DNA of 32,000 bases from Methanocaldococcus jannaschii DSM 2661 (GTDB lineage Archaea; AGJL01; Methanococci; Methanococcales; Methanocaldococcaceae). Below, one piece after another: positions 1-9,653 of this stretch (its first letter is position 1; each line of letters starts with the position of its first letter). The DNA lies in assembly GCF_000091665.1 (NCBI RefSeq), contig NC_000909.1, forward strand, positions 383,581 to 415,580. The letters run 5' to 3'. The notes beneath the pieces were generated by a model that saw only the letters and a program-made list of their open reading frames with translations, did not search any database and was not told the DNA's origin. The position numbers were made by a program, and so were the translations under genes.

Positions 1-119
1 GCAAATATAACATCCCATAGTAAAATCTCGATATAAAGGTTCTTAAGTCAAACTCTTTTAGTGCGTTAATACAGCTATCTAAGAAGTGAATGCACTCTTT
101 TAGATAGACATTGTTTAGG

Positions 120-1403
120 TTATGCATTCTTTCCATCACCTAAGACATAAACTTTAAAGCCCTCCTTTTCCCACAACTCTCTATTTAATATATTTTTAGT
201 ATCAAGGATTATTTTATTTTTTACCTTTGAGGCGATATTTTTTATATCTTCTTTATCAAAATTTTTATATTCATCATGCTCAGCTAATATAACGATAATA
301 TCAGCTCCTTCAACAGCTTCATCTAAACTATTTAAAGGATAAATAAAATCTCTCGCATATTTATCATAGCATTTAACTTCAAAGCCCTCATCTATCAATT
401 TACTAACCACTTTTTCAGCTGGACTTTCCCTTGTGTCATCTACATTTCCTTTATATGTTACTCCAAATATTGCCACTTTTCCAATATCTTTTTTAATAAT
501 CTTCTTTATCTTTTCAACAACAAATAATGGCATAGAGTCGTTTAACTCTCTTGCAGTTCTTATTAATTTAGCGTTCTTTGATTTCTCAACAATAAACCAC
601 GGGTCTATGCTTATACAATGCCCACCTACTCCTGGCCCTGGCTTTAAAATATTTACTCTTGGATGTTTATTGGCTAATTCTATTGCTTCCCAAACATTAA
701 TGCCAATTTCCTCTGCAATTTTTGCAAATTCGTTGGCTAAGGCAATATTAACATCTCTATAAGTATTTTCCATTAACTTAACCATCTCTGCTGTTTTAGC
801 ATCAGTTAAATATATCTTTCCAGTAACAAAAGTTTCATAAATCTCTTTTGCCATTTCAGCAGATTTTTCATCAACTCCTCCAATAACTCTATCATTTTCA
901 ACAAGTTCCTTCAATATACTGCCTGGCAAAACTCTCTCTGGGCAGTGAGCAACATAAATTTTCTTATCCTTTGATAATTTTTTATAAATATCATCAGTTG
1001 TTCCTGGAGGAATCGTGCTTTCTATTATTATTAAATTCCCATTTTCAAGATATGGTTTTATGCTTTCAATAGCTTTATTTAAATAGGTTAAATCACATTT
1101 TTTTTCTCCATCACACTCTATGCAAGGTGTTGGCACACATATAATAAAAACATCTGCTTTTTCAGGTTTTGTTTGCACTTTTAGATTTCCAGAGTTTATA
1201 GCCCCTTTAACTAAAGTCATTAAATCTTTTTCTGTAGTTTTAAAGCTCAGTTCTTTAATTTCTTTCACTCTTTTTTCATTTATATCCACACCAATAACAT
1301 CAAATCCCTGTATTGCTAACATTGAAGCCGTTGGCAAACCAATGTAACCCAAACCAATTACACATATCCTTTTTCCAATGCCATTTTTCTCTACTTTTGT
1401 CAT
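120..1403 (-). CDS. wecC: UDP-N-acetyl-D-mannosamine dehydrogenase (UDP-glucose/GDP-mannose dehydrogenase family)
   Basis: 427-aa ORF with N-terminal Rossmann motif [12 protein letters not shown] and catalytic-Cys region [11 protein letters not shown]. It has the full-length family architecture. The WecC subgroup assignment is from my recollection of methanococcal homologues. Confidence 0.85.
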   Translation of the reverse strand: MTKVEKNGIGKRICVIGLGYIGLPTASMLAIQGFDVIGVDINEKRVKEIKELSFKTTEKDLMTLVKGAINSGNLKVQTKPEKADVFIICVPTPCIECDGEKKCDLTYLNKAIESIKPYLENGNLIIIESTIPPGTTDDIYKKLSKDKKIYVAHCPERVLPGSILKELVENDRVIGGVDEKSAEMAKEIYETFVTGKIYLTDAKTAEMVKLMENTYRDVNIALANEFAKIAEEIGINVWEAIELANKHPRVNILKPGPGVGGHCISIDPWFIVEKSKNAKLIRTARELNDSMPLFVVEKIKKIIKKDIGKVAIFGVTYKGNVDDTRESPAEKVVSKLIDEGFEVKCYDKYARDFIYPLNSLDEAVEGADIIVILAEHDEYKNFDKEDIKNIASKVKNKIILDTKNILNRELWEKEGFKVYVLGDGKNA

Positions 1404-1570
1404 TTTATCCCCAAAAATTTCTATTTAGATTGATTATTGACAGTTATTATTAGCAGTTTATATATAATAGGTGAGTTATATATACTCCAAAACTATAAGC
1501 AATAAAATACAAAAAGTTTAAGGATTTATAATTTTATGTAAGATATAAAAATATTTTGTGAGGGATTGTC

Positions 1571-2758
1571 ATGGAGAGAATAGCTGTCTTAGCGTATTCT
1601 GGAGGATTGGATACAAGCTGTTGCTTAAAATTATTGGAAGATAAGTATGGTTATAAGGTAGTTTCTGTCTGTGTGGATGTTGGACAGCCAGAAGAAGAGA
1701 TAAAAGAAGTTGAAGAGAAAGCTAAAAAATTAGGAGTTTTAAAGCACTACACAATAGATGCAAAGGAAGAATTCGTTAAAGATTACATATTTAGAGCTAT
1801 AAAGGCAAATGCAATGTATGAAGGCTATCCCCTATCAACAGCATTAGCGAGACCTTTAATTGCTCATAAGGTTGTTGAAATAGCTGAGGAAGTTGGAGCT
1901 GAGGCAGTTGCTCATGGATGCACTGGAAAGGGTAACGACCAGTTCAGATTTGAAACAACTATAAGAATTAAAGCTCCACATTTGAAAATTATTGCACCAA
2001 TTAGGGACTTAAACCTAACAAGGGCTGAAGAAATTGAGTATGCTAAAGAAAAAGGAATCCCAATCCCAACGGAAAGTAAAAAATACAGTATAGATGAAAA
2101 CTTATGGGGAAGAAGTATTGAAGGTAGTGAGTTAGAAAACCCTGACTTTGTTCCACCAGAAGAGATATATGCATGGACTAAAAACCCAGTTGAAGATAAA
2201 GAGGAAGAGATTGTTGAGATTGAGTTTAAGGAGGGCGTTCCAGTAGCTATAAATGGAGAAAAATTAGAACCAGTTGAGTTAATAAAGAAAGCTAATGAGA
2301 TTGCTGGAAAGCATGGTGTTGGAAGAATAGATATTATTGAGGATAGAATCATAGGATTAAAATCAAGAGAAAACTATGAATGTCCTGGAGCTGTTTTGTT
2401 ATTAACTGCTCATAAAGCTTTAGAGCAGTTAGTTTTAACAAGGGATGAGCTTAGATTTAAAGAGATCGTTGATAGTTTATACGGAGAGTTAATTTATAAA
2501 GGACTTTGGTTTGATCCATTAAGGGAGGATTTAGATGCTTTTATAGACAAAACTCAAGAGAGAGTTACTGGAACTGTGAAAGTTAAGTTATTTGGAGGAA
2601 CTGCAAGAGTTGTTGGTAGAGATAGTCCTTACGCTTTATACAGTAAGGAATTAGTTTCATTTGATGAGAAGGAGATTGACCAGAAAGAATTGGCTGGAAT
2701 GGTTAAGTATCATGGATTACAGGCAATGTTATATGAGATGAGGAAAAAGAGAAAATAA
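1571..2758 (+). CDS. argG: argininosuccinate synthase
   Basis: 395-aa ORF with the ATP-binding motif AYSGGLDTS, plus [14 protein letters not shown] and the rest of the typical ArgG sequence. Confidence 0.95.
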   Translation: MERIAVLAYSGGLDTSCCLKLLEDKYGYKVVSVCVDVGQPEEEIKEVEEKAKKLGVLKHYTIDAKEEFVKDYIFRAIKANAMYEGYPLSTALARPLIAHKVVEIAEEVGAEAVAHGCTGKGNDQFRFETTIRIKAPHLKIIAPIRDLNLTRAEEIEYAKEKGIPIPTESKKYSIDENLWGRSIEGSELENPDFVPPEEIYAWTKNPVEDKEEEIVEIEFKEGVPVAINGEKLEPVELIKKANEIAGKHGVGRIDIIEDRIIGLKSRENYECPGAVLLLTAHKALEQLVLTRDELRFKEIVDSLYGELIYKGLWFDPLREDLDAFIDKTQERVTGTVKVKLFGGTARVVGRDSPYALYSKELVSFDEKEIDQKELAGMVKYHGLQAMLYEMRKKRK

Positions 2759-2765
2759 TTTCTCT

Positions 2766-3380
2766 TTAATCTTTTTTATGATTGTCTAAATGTATTAAAG
2801 AAGGCATAACACTTTTTTGATAGGCATATTTTGATGTTTTTCTTTCTGAATAACCAACATCTGCTGGAGATAGTAGCTTGCTAAATATTAATTGTCCAAT
2901 TCTTTGATTTTTATATAGAATAACTGGTTTATCGAAAGCAACAATCTCCAAGGTTATTTTTCCTTTAAATCCAGCGTCAATCCATCCAGCAGTTTGGTGA
3001 GAAGTTAAAAAAACCCTTCCTAAACTACTTCTACCTTGATATTGGGCAGATATATCATTTGGAAGCTCTATATACTCATTTGTTGTTCCTAAAACACCAC
3101 CTTCAACAACATAATCAACATTATATTTTTCTTTAAAATAGTTGATTTTTTCTTCAGTTAAATTGTAGTTTAGAGGACAAACTAAAATAGAGTTTTTTAT
3201 CTTTATTCTTTTGTAATTTAGCTCTTTTGATAAATCATAAACCTCATCATCGTAGATTATAAATTCATCTCCTAATGTCACATCGTAACTACATGGCCCT
3301 ACGAAATCTTTGTTAAATGGCTTTATAATAATTCTTTTTGATGTAACATAGTCAATAATATCTTTATCACTAAGAATCAT
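2766..3380 (-). CDS. dcd: dCTP deaminase (dUMP-forming / dUTPase-like bifunctional type in methanococci)
   Basis: 204-aa ORF with the N-terminus MILSDKDI and a dUTPase-fold core typical of Dcd. A GGTGAT Shine-Dalgarno lies 4 nt upstream of the ATG at 3380. Confidence 0.9.
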   Translation of the reverse strand: MILSDKDIIDYVTSKRIIIKPFNKDFVGPCSYDVTLGDEFIIYDDEVYDLSKELNYKRIKIKNSILVCPLNYNLTEEKINYFKEKYNVDYVVEGGVLGTTNEYIELPNDISAQYQGRSSLGRVFLTSHQTAGWIDAGFKGKITLEIVAFDKPVILYKNQRIGQLIFSKLLSPADVGYSERKTSKYAYQKSVMPSLIHLDNHKKD

Positions 3381-3548
3381 AACCTATCACCAAAAAGTAT
3401 TTTGTTGGGTTTATATCTACATTTGGTATTAAAAACATTTTTAGCATTAATTTTTAAATTTCTTTGAAAATTATAATTATATATTTAGATATATAGATAA
3501 AAATAATAAAAAATAAAAAAAGAAAAATAAAATTATTACAATTACAAT

Positions 3549-3767
3549 TTAAATATTACTTAAGTTACTAATGTATTCCTGTGATTTATTAGCAGTAACA
3601 TTTATAAAAGCTGCTGATTTATTTCCAGCACTTGCTACTGCACTTTTAGCATTTTTTACGTAGAAGTATGCTGCAATTATAGCAACTAATACAGCTGCTG
3701 CAACTAAAACTCCAACTTCCATTGATAACTGCCCTTTCTTTGATAATAATTTCTTTAAGATTTTCAT
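3549..3767 (-). CDS. small class III signal peptide (type IV pilin-like) protein
   Basis: MKILKKLLSKKG|QLSME followed by a roughly 20-residue hydrophobic helix is a prepilin-peptidase type signal. The true start is probably the ATG at 3767, preceded by AGGTGG; the ORF-track start at 3776 is a GTG inside that SD. The mature part carries four N-x-S/T sequons. Confidence 0.75.
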   Translation of the reverse strand: MKILKKLLSKKGQLSMEVGVLVAAAVLVAIIAAYFYVKNAKSAVASAGNKSAAFINVTANKSQEYISNLSNI

Positions 3768-3987
3768 CTTACCCACCTTTTTATTTTCCCTATGTTTTAA
3801 TCATATGTTTTAGGTCACATTTTATTTATTTTCCATATTTGTTATATATACTTTTTGATTACTTTGCATTACAGAGAATAATAGTAATTTTGATTATATT
3901 GAATCATTTAATAATCCTGTATAATGTGAGGATTTATGGGTAATGGTTTATAAATTTATTTGGCTTTTCCCCCAACTTTGCCCCATT

Positions 3988-4128
3988 TCACAGCCCTAAA
4001 TTTTTTGCAGATAGTATAAAAAAATATGCTATAGTTATGGCTACTAATGATGCGGAGCTCGCTAATATGATGATTTCCATTGATGATTGCCCTCTCTTAG
4101 ATAGTAGTTTCTTTTTTATTAGTTTCAT
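3988..4128 (-). CDS. 46-aa class III signal peptide (mini pilin-like) protein, absent from the ORF track
   Basis: Hand translation gives MKLIKKKLLSKRGQSSMEIIILASSASLVAITIAYFFILSAKNLGL*. It has the same KxG|Q-S-ME leader and hydrophobic helix as the neighbouring gene. GGAG lies about 11 nt upstream. Confidence 0.6.
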   Translation of the reverse strand: MKLIKKKLLSKRGQSSMEIIILASSASLVAITIAYFFILSAKNLGL

Positions 4129-4265
4129 AATTGACAACTCCGGATATTATTAATAACTCAAACAAAAATAATATGAAACACTAAATTTTTATACAAGAAT
4201 AAAGGCTTATTTATAAACCTAATAACAACTTTAAAAATGTCTAATAATTAAACGAACATTGAAAA

Positions 4266-4544
4266 TTAACACTCTATATTTTTTGATAATTGTAAAATTT
4301 CATATATATAGTTTTTGAATGCAACCCTGCCTTTATTGGTAATTTTAATTATTGTTTTAACCCTACCCTTTATTACTGATTTCTTAGTCTCTACAAATCC
4401 ACATTCTTCCAATTTCTTTAAATGATGTTCTAAATTACCATCAGTTAAATTTAACTTTTCTTTTAAATAATTAAATTCGCAATATTCTAAACCATACAAT
4501 AAGGCCAATATTTTAACCCTAACAACAGAGTTAAATATTTTCAT
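4266..4544 (-). CDS. small winged-helix (ArsR/PadR-like) transcriptional regulator
   Basis: 92-aa ORF. The pattern LNLTDGNLEHHLKKLEECGFVE...GRVKT is HTH plus wing. It starts 8 nt after the upstream membrane-protein gene, and GTGA SD-like sequence precedes the ATG. Confidence 0.7.
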   Translation of the reverse strand: MKIFNSVVRVKILALLYGLEYCEFNYLKEKLNLTDGNLEHHLKKLEECGFVETKKSVIKGRVKTIIKITNKGRVAFKNYIYEILQLSKNIEC

Positions 4545-4552
4545 AATTTCAC

Positions 4553-5080
4553 TTATTCTTTACATATTAAAAAACATAAAGCAACTAAAAACTGAACAAA
4601 AGCAAAAATTAAAAACTGATATTCATGAAATATAAACATTGGAATTGAAGAGAACATCATCAATAGTCCCAAAAATTTTCTCTTCTTTGATTTAAATAAA
4701 ATTCCATCAATAACCAATAAAAAACCGAAAATACCTGCAATAGCAACCCCTGAAATTCTTGGATATGTGTATAAAGTAATGACAGATGAAAGAACAACTG
4801 CAATCATTCCATATTTAACAATTTTTTCGAAAATTTTATCAAAATAGCATCTGGTTTTTTTATAAAGCTTTTGTTGTCTAACAATTAATATGCTTCCAAT
4901 AATTAATAACAATGAAACTATGAATAAAATATTAAAATTCCAGTATTTTATAGATATATGAATTAAAACAAAAATCAAAGAACTTAAAAAATATGAAATA
5001 AAATAAACCTTATTTTTATAGTCCCCATCTTCTGATTTATAACTTTCTTCAACTAACTCTAAGATTTCTTTTGCATCCAT
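4553..5080 (-). CDS. integral membrane protein, unknown function (4-5 predicted TM helices)
   Basis: 175-aa ORF with an acidic cytoplasmic N-terminus followed by several long hydrophobic segments. GGGGA lies upstream of the ATG. It is tightly packed between the HEPN gene and the wHTH gene. Confidence 0.6.
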   Translation of the reverse strand: MDAKEILELVEESYKSEDGDYKNKVYFISYFLSSLIFVLIHISIKYWNFNILFIVSLLLIIGSILIVRQQKLYKKTRCYFDKIFEKIVKYGMIAVVLSSVITLYTYPRISGVAIAGIFGFLLVIDGILFKSKKRKFLGLLMMFSSIPMFIFHEYQFLIFAFVQFLVALCFLICKE

Positions 5081-5090
5081 AAAAATCCCC

Positions 5091-5759
5091 TTATTTTCTC
5101 AAATAAATATATACATCATATTTTCTCCCATCTTCGCTTACAGCAGTAGTTTTCTCTCTAATATAATAAACGTCTAAATCCTCATAGTCATCAAAAATCC
5201 CTAATTCTTTATCAGTAATATCTAACAATATAATGCCATCAATATAACTTCCCTCTTTTTTCCTTGCTCCATAATATCCAATTGTTTCATCAAAAAACTT
5301 CTCATAACCATAAACTCTACCTTCAATCATCTTTGGCACTCTATTTATTAACTCCAATAGTCTCTCTTTTTTCATCAACTCTCCATAGGCAAATACATTA
5401 TATTTGTTGTTTTTATTTTTATCTAACTCTTCCATTATCTTTAAAATCTCTTCTTTTAGCTTAGGAATATCTTTTTTAACAACTTCCCAAGTTAAACCTA
5501 AATCTACCCCAAAATATTTACGGATTAGGATATCCCTCATCTCAGCAAATTCTTTCCATGGAATATGGTTATATTTTTCTCTAAATTCCATAGGTAGGTT
5601 TTTAATTGCCTCTCCTATAATTTCAATTCTCCTAATAACTGCATCCTGTAAAAATTTAGATGTAAAGAAATCATCTTCAGTTTTATCTTTAGTGTATTCC
5701 TCAATAAGTTCAATGCTTTCTAATATATGGTTAAGATAAATTTTTACATCTTTTCTCAT
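5091..5759 (-). CDS. HEPN (DUF86/HepT-like) domain fused to a gamma-glutamyl cyclotransferase/AIG2-like domain
   Basis: The N-terminal half aligns to DUF86 (IPWKEFAEMRDILIRKYFGVDLGLTWEVV). The C-terminal half has VFAYGELMKKE...GRVYGY...FDDYEDLDVYYIRE...YDVYIYL, which is GGCT-like. Its start overlaps the MNT stop as ATGA. Confidence 0.8.
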   Translation of the reverse strand: MRKDVKIYLNHILESIELIEEYTKDKTEDDFFTSKFLQDAVIRRIEIIGEAIKNLPMEFREKYNHIPWKEFAEMRDILIRKYFGVDLGLTWEVVKKDIPKLKEEILKIMEELDKNKNNKYNVFAYGELMKKERLLELINRVPKMIEGRVYGYEKFFDETIGYYGARKKEGSYIDGIILLDITDKELGIFDDYEDLDVYYIREKTTAVSEDGRKYDVYIYLRK

Positions 5760-6037
5760 AGCACATCCACCGCTTCATTTAAAATTCTATCTTTTAAAAG
5801 TGGATGTATGGAGTTGTAGGTTAATACATCAACCTCTTTTCCTAAAACTTCCTCAAGTTCATACTTTAATCTAACCAAATCTAATAAACTCTTCCCCTCC
5901 CCAAATTCAACTAAGATATCTATATCGGATGTTTCTTTCTGTTCATTTCTTGCATAACTACCAAATATTGATGCTCTTTTAACACCATGTTTTAATAGAA
6001 TTGGGATAATTTTTCTTTTAATTTCGTTGATATTCAT
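5756..6037 (-). CDS. minimal nucleotidyltransferase (MNT/MntA-like antitoxin partner of HEPN)
   Basis: The motif SIFGSYARNEQKETSDIDILVEF is the GS...DxD pol-beta NTase signature. The probable start is the ATG at 6037; the ORF-track GTG at 6046 overlaps the tgtA stop. Confidence 0.85.
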   Translation of the reverse strand: MNINEIKRKIIPILLKHGVKRASIFGSYARNEQKETSDIDILVEFGEGKSLLDLVRLKYELEEVLGKEVDVLTYNSIHPLLKDRILNEAVDVL

Positions 6038-6042
6038 AATTA

Positions 6043-8012
6043 TCACTTATTTATTTTTAATCCTCCTCTTACTTTAACAGCCAATCCATAATTAAATTCT
6101 CTTAACTCAATACCATTTAAAATCGTTGTTCCATAAGCTAAGAGTTCATCATCTTCATTAACAACCAAAACTTCTTCGTAAGGTCTTAACTCCTCATCAC
6201 AATCAATAACAAATTTGGCAAATACATTTCTCCCCTCTCTTGCAAATTCCTCCGCCTCTTTATTAACAACAACCCTATATTTTGGGAAAGGAATTTTTTT
6301 CCACAACAATTTGGCTCCTTTTTCAGAAGGTATTAAGAGGTTGTCATTACTCCTAACTGAGAATAAAATTTCTCCATTTTCATCCAAAACCTGCCTTAAT
6401 CTACCAGTAGTTTTGCTTCTAACAACTTTTATTTTATTCATTAGTTCATCGTCAATTATATCAAAACCATACTGATACTGTAACATTTTCCTAATCCTTA
6501 AAGCATCGGCATTAATTTTTTTATTTGCAGAGAAGTAATTTATATAATAATTGTAGGTCATTATATCTAATATATTGTCTTCTCCGATTTTTTTCTTTAA
6601 CCAATCAATAAATTCATCAACAAACCTCTTGTTTATTTCTTTTTCATAATCAAAAAGCTCAGGAATTTCATGTTGAGATAGTGGATAAACGGTATCTATG
6701 TAGTATGGAATAAACCCAAAGACTGGGTCTTTAATTAAGATATCGACATCTGTCTCAACTACATTTAAATGCTCATGATATGGCTTTTCTATAGAGCTTG
6801 ATACAGTTGTAATATAAACTTTTTCATATCTAAGCCTCTTCAATCTCTTCTTATGTCTCAAAACCTCTGGTCTAAACATCGATTCAATTCCAGTATAGAA
6901 GAAGGCAGATTTTTTAGTTACTGGGTCGAATTTTTCAATATAGTCTATGTATTTCCTAACAACCCTATAAGCTTCCAAAAGCTTTGGATGACATCTAACT
7001 CTCTCCTCAACCAATTCCCATAAACTACCATCTCTTATTGCCTGCTTTATTCTATTTATCTCTTCAAAAGTTACATATAGGTTGTGTTCAGCTAACAATC
7101 TTTCTCTCTCTTTTTTATTTAAACTTGCCAATTCTTTTGGTGTATAGCTTGAACAAACAGGACATGAACATGGAAATGCCTTTAAATCTTTAATCTCTTC
7201 CAAGTGTAAAGTCCCTCTTTCAGTTAAATATCTGTCATCCTTAGCATATAATGCATAAGCAGCAGAATCAAACAAATCACAGCCCAAAGCAACAGCTAAA
7301 GCAAAGAACATTGGATGCCCACAACCAAATAAATGCACTGGCTTGTTTGTTGGTAGATACATCTTTGAGTTTATTATAATTTCAGCAACATCTCTGTATC
7401 TGTATTGCTCCATCAATGGAACAACAGCTCCTATTGGATAGATATCAAATCCTAACTTGGCCATCTCTTTGGCAGATTTTTGCCTCAAATCTAAATAAGT
7501 AGATCCTTGAACAGTTCCATTTAGTAATAATTTAAATCCTCTCTCTTCCTTTAATTCTATAGATGCTTTAGCTCTCTTTAAAGTTTCTTCTAATTCTTTC
7601 TCAGCTCTTTCTCTATCAACATCTGGTGGTGTTGGGATGTCTAATATTGTTCCAACATCCACTCCGATTCTTTCTTGGAATTCTATAATTTCCAATGGTT
7701 CAACTTCAACATCTCCATAAACTCCTAACTGAAAAGAACCACTATCTGTAACAATTACTTTATCAAAGCCAATTAATTTGTGAATCCCTTTTTCTTCAGC
7801 AATTTCTCTTAAATGTTTTGTTTTATAGGTTATGTATGAGTTGTGATGATAACATCTGCCAATTTATTTATTAAATCCATCGATACAATCTGTTTTTTTG
7901 GATTTGGGTGGATAACAGGCATTATTGTTGGTGTCTCAATCTTCTTTCCATTTATGTTTAAGATCCCTATTCTTCCCATTGCATCTCTGTGTTTTATCTC
8001 AAAAGTCATCAT
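6043..8012 (-). CDS. tgtA: archaeosine tRNA-guanine(15) transglycosylase (ArcTGT), reading frame interrupted by a 1-nt frameshift near 7841-7845
   Basis: ORF 7830-8012 encodes the N-terminus ([13 protein letters not shown]...ADVIIT). The frame of ORF 6043-7695 is open up to 7863 and continues [11 protein letters not shown]...VTDSGSFQL...DIPTPPD...CSCPVCS plus a C-terminal PUA region. The two parts are collinear with Pyrococcus ArcTGT as I remember it. Confidence 0.85.
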
Positions 8013-8080
8013 GTTATCCTCCTAACGAATTTTTAAATTTTAATTAAAAAAGTAATATGCTTTTACAAAGAAATAATTTT

Positions 8081-8320
8081 TTATTCATCTATTCTTTGAG
8101 TTCTTCTAACTGTGAAGGCAAACAATGCTGGTAAAATAGCCCCTCCTAAGATTGCCTCTGTTAAAGCAACGTCTGGAGCTAACAATGCATAGTATAAATA
8201 AGCCATACACAACCCAGCAAAACCAGATAATATAATGCACTTAATTAAATCTCTTTGTAAGAGGGAGGCTAAACTTGATAACAACGTCATTATTATAACT
8301 ATGTAGTGTATAATTTCCAT
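8081..8320 (-). CDS. small membrane protein, MbhD/MnhB N-terminal (DUF4040)-like
   Basis: 79-aa ORF with three hydrophobic segments. The motif LLAPDVALTEAILGG resembles the conserved APDVALTEA motif of Mrp/Mbh/Eh small subunits. Confidence 0.55.
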   Translation of the reverse strand: MEIIHYIVIIMTLLSSLASLLQRDLIKCIILSGFAGLCMAYLYYALLAPDVALTEAILGGAILPALFAFTVRRTQRIDE

Positions 8321-8395
8321 TTAACTCACCTTACATAATTTTGTTTATAACTAATAATTTTATCTCACAACCAATATAAAAAATTCTACACTTAA

Positions 8396-8486
8396 ATGGA
8401 ACTTTCGCATTATATATTAAATAAGGTATTTGGATGCCTAAAGGCATCAATATTCAATAAATAAATTTATCTCTGCGAAAGTCCAT
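8396..8486 (+). repeat. palindromic MITE-like element, copy A (MJRE-like family)
   Basis: The terminal inverted repeat is ATGGAACTTTCGCA / TGCGAAAGTCCAT with one bulge. The central hairpin is GATGCC-TAAA-GGCATC. The sequence is closely similar to copy B along its whole length. Confidence 0.85.
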
Positions 8487-8507
8487 AATAAAAGAAGAGG
8501 GATTTTT

Positions 8508-9653
8508 ATGGATTACTATGTTACACTATCCCCGGGGCTTGAAAAAATCTCCAAAAATGAGATTGAATCTTTTGGTGGAAAAATTAAAGAGATTAGAGAA
8601 AATAAAGGAAGAATATTTTTTAGTGGTGATTTAAAACTAATTCCTAAGATTAACTACCTCTCAAGAACTATAGAAAGGATGAATATCTTACTACATAGGG
8701 AAGAGATTCCAAACATAGCCTTAGATGATATTTATAAGAGAGTTTATAATATTGATTGGACTGAATGGATAAAAGAAAATCAATCTTTTGCTATTCGCCC
8801 ATTAAGGGCTGGAGAACATAATTTTACATCAATAGACATTGGAAGAGTTGCTGGTGAAGCAGTAATAAAATCATATCAGAGAGATAAAAACATTAGGCTT
8901 AAAGTTAATTTAGATGAACCAGATGTAATTGTTAGGGTTGAAGTTATATTTGATGAGCTAATTGTTGGAATTGATACCACAGGGGATATTGCATTAGATA
9001 AGAGAGGATATAGAGTTTTTAATCACCCAGCACATTTAAATGCCACTATTGCCTCGTCATTAGTTTATTTAAGTGATTGGAAAGATGATGAGATGTTATT
9101 AGACCCAATGTGTGGAAGTGGGACTATTCCAATAGAGGGAGCTTTGATGAAGAGGAATATCCCACCAGGAAAGTTTAGAGAGAATAAATATGGTTTTAAG
9201 TTTATTGATATTTTTGGCTATGAGTTATTAGATAAAATAAAAAAAGAGATTGTTGAAAATAAAAACATCTACAAAATAATTGGTTTAGATAAAAATCAAA
9301 AATACTTGGATGGAGCTAAAGATAATGCCAAAAATGCTGAGGTTTTGGATACTATAGAATTTATCTGTGGTGATGCTACAAAATTGCATGAAAAATTTAA
9401 TGAAAGTGATGTTATTATAGCAAATCCACCTTATGGCATAAGGATAGGTAGCAAAAGATCAGTTAAAAAGCTATACGATGAATTTTTATCCTCTGCAAAG
9501 GAAATTATGCACGGCTCTTCAAGGCTGATAGTTATAACTGCTGAAGATAAGATGTTTAAAGATGCTATAGCAAAAAATAACTTTGAGGTTAAGGAGGAGT
9601 TCAATGTCATGTTTGGTGGTTTGATGACAAGGGTGTTTTATTTAACTTTATAA
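8508..9653 (+). CDS. trm14: THUMP-domain tRNA (guanine-N2)-methyltransferase (Trm14-type)
   Basis: 381-aa ORF with an N-terminal THUMP region followed by SAM-MTase motifs [12 protein letters not shown] and ANPPYG. The Trm14 identity is from my recollection of the M. jannaschii enzyme. Confidence 0.8.
   Translation: MDYYVTLSPGLEKISKNEIESFGGKIKEIRENKGRIFFSGDLKLIPKINYLSRTIERMNILLHREEIPNIALDDIYKRVYNIDWTEWIKENQSFAIRPLRAGEHNFTSIDIGRVAGEAVIKSYQRDKNIRLKVNLDEPDVIVRVEVIFDELIVGIDTTGDIALDKRGYRVFNHPAHLNATIASSLVYLSDWKDDEMLLDPMCGSGTIPIEGALMKRNIPPGKFRENKYGFKFIDIFGYELLDKIKKEIVENKNIYKIIGLDKNQKYLDGAKDNAKNAEVLDTIEFICGDATKLHEKFNESDVIIANPPYGIRIGSKRSVKKLYDEFLSSAKEIMHGSSRLIVITAEDKMFKDAIAKNNFEVKEEFNVMFGGLMTRVFYLTL

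Noticed and set aside
75-107. Dyad CTATCTAA..TTAGATAG just downstream of the wecC stop, considered as a possible terminator, and a possible minus-strand ATG at position 18 leading out of the window.
   Set aside because: No oligo-T tract, as expected for archaeal termination, accompanies the dyad. Only 6 codons of the putative gene are visible, so neither can be supported.
7827-7863. Programmed -1 ribosomal frameshifting as the explanation for the split tgtA.
   Set aside because: The shift site (AUC AUC ACA ACU) is not a slippery X-XXY-YYZ heptamer, and I see no obvious downstream stimulatory structure. An error or a mutation is the simpler explanation, so I kept only the frameshift observation itself.
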